Below, piece after piece: positions 63,131-64,000 of a stretch of DNA of 64,000 nt; position 1 is the stretch's first letter, and every line of letters starts with the position of its first letter. Source of the DNA: Malacoraja senta (lineage: Eukaryota); contig CM075985.1 of the NCBI GenBank assembly GCA_038087875.1, forward strand, positions 17,298,001-17,362,000, written 5' to 3'. The translations under genes were made by a program, and so were the position numbers. The notes beneath the pieces were generated by a model, which had not been told where the DNA came from, did not search any database, and saw nothing but the letters and a program-made list of their open reading frames with translations.

Positions 63131-63598
63131 GCCAGTGGATGTAGTGTATCTGGACTTTCAAAAAGCCTTTGACAAGGTCCCACACAGGAGATTAGAGTGC
63201 AAAATTAGAGTACATGGTATTGTGGGTAGATTATTGACATGGATAGAGAACTGGTTGGCCGATAGGAAGCAAAGAGTAGGAATTAACGGGTCCTTTTCAG
63301 AATGGCAGGCAGTGACTAGTGGGGTGCCGCAAGGCTCCGTGCTTGGACCCCAGTTGTTTATAATATACTGTATATTAACAATTTAGATGAGGGAATTAAA
63401 TGTACCATCTCTAAGTTTGTGGATGGCACAAAGCTGGGTGGCAGTGTGAGCTGTGAGGAGGATGCTGTGAGGCTGCAGGGTGACTTGGATAGGTTGGGTG
63501 AGTGGGCAGAAGCATGACAGATGCAGCATAATGCGGATAAATGTGAGGTTATCCACTTTGGTGACAAGAACAGGAAGGCAGATTATTATATGAATGGT

Positions 63599-63690
63599 AA
63601 ACACAAAATGCTGGAGTAACTCAGCGGGACAGGCAGCATTTCTGGAGAGAAGGAATGGGTGACGTTTTGGGTCAAGACCCTTCTTCAGAC
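63599..63690 (-). mobile_element. 92-bp Penelope-like terminal fragment nested in CR1
   Basis: 8-bp TSD TGAATGGT (63591-63598 / 63691-63698). Confidence 0.88.
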
Positions 63691-64000
63691 TGAATGGTGT
63701 CATATTAGGAGAAAGGGAGGTGCAACAAGACCTAGTCGCTTGTCCATCAGTCACTGGAAGTAAGCATGCAGGTACATCAGGCAGTGAAGAAAGCTAATGG
63801 CATTTTGGCCTTCATTGCGAGAGGATTTGAGTTTAGGAGCAAGGAGTTCCTACTGCAGTTGTAAAGGGCCCTGGTGAGACCGCAACTGGAGTATTGTGTG
63901 CAATTTTGGTCTCCTAATTTGAAGAAGGACATTATTGTTATAGAGGGAGTGCAGCGTAGGTTCACCAGGTTATGTCCCGGGATGGCGGGACTGACATATG

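Larger units (their letters stand above)
62805..64000 (+). mobile_element. CR1 RT fragment (runs off the window) with two nested Penelope-like inserts
   Basis: QHGFMKGKSCLTNL, DFQKAFDKVPH, PQGSVLGP. Confidence 0.92.

Overview
Vertebrate genomic DNA, most likely a cartilaginous fish (skate/ray-type). This is inferred from the HE1-like V-SINEs, CR1-dominated repeats and the divergence of the gene, not from a database hit. The only host gene I can support is a complete three-coding-exon pannexin-2 (PANX2) on the minus strand: exons 41065-40840, 12663-11230 and 3155-2794, two phase-1 GT-AG introns, 2022-nt CDS, 673 aa. It has a CpG-rich promoter containing RE1/NRSE-like motifs. The rest is retroelement-rich: about 20 CR1 fragments, about 9 V-SINEs, L2/Rex/DeuSINE/Vingi remnants, a Harbinger-type MITE, and one young 5'-truncated Crack/Daphne-like LINE with an intact 826-codon ORF. 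The most interesting signals are two ribozyme-bearing short retroelement families. (1) A 134-bp element (2 copies, with TSDs and a (GAA)n tail) whose first 54 nt fold as a minimal HDV-like self-cleaving ribozyme; a fossil Vingi/Ingi-type RT lies nearby as a candidate partner. (2) About 25 Penelope-like 3' termini, often fold-back with 8-17 bp TSDs, carrying minimal hammerhead cores. There is also a ~1.2-kb intronic direct duplication whose two copies both end at a CR1 3' tail, and a 188-nt assembly gap. No tRNA/rRNA genes or CRISPR arrays were seen. Repeat boundaries without TSD support are approximate and identities are visual estimates.
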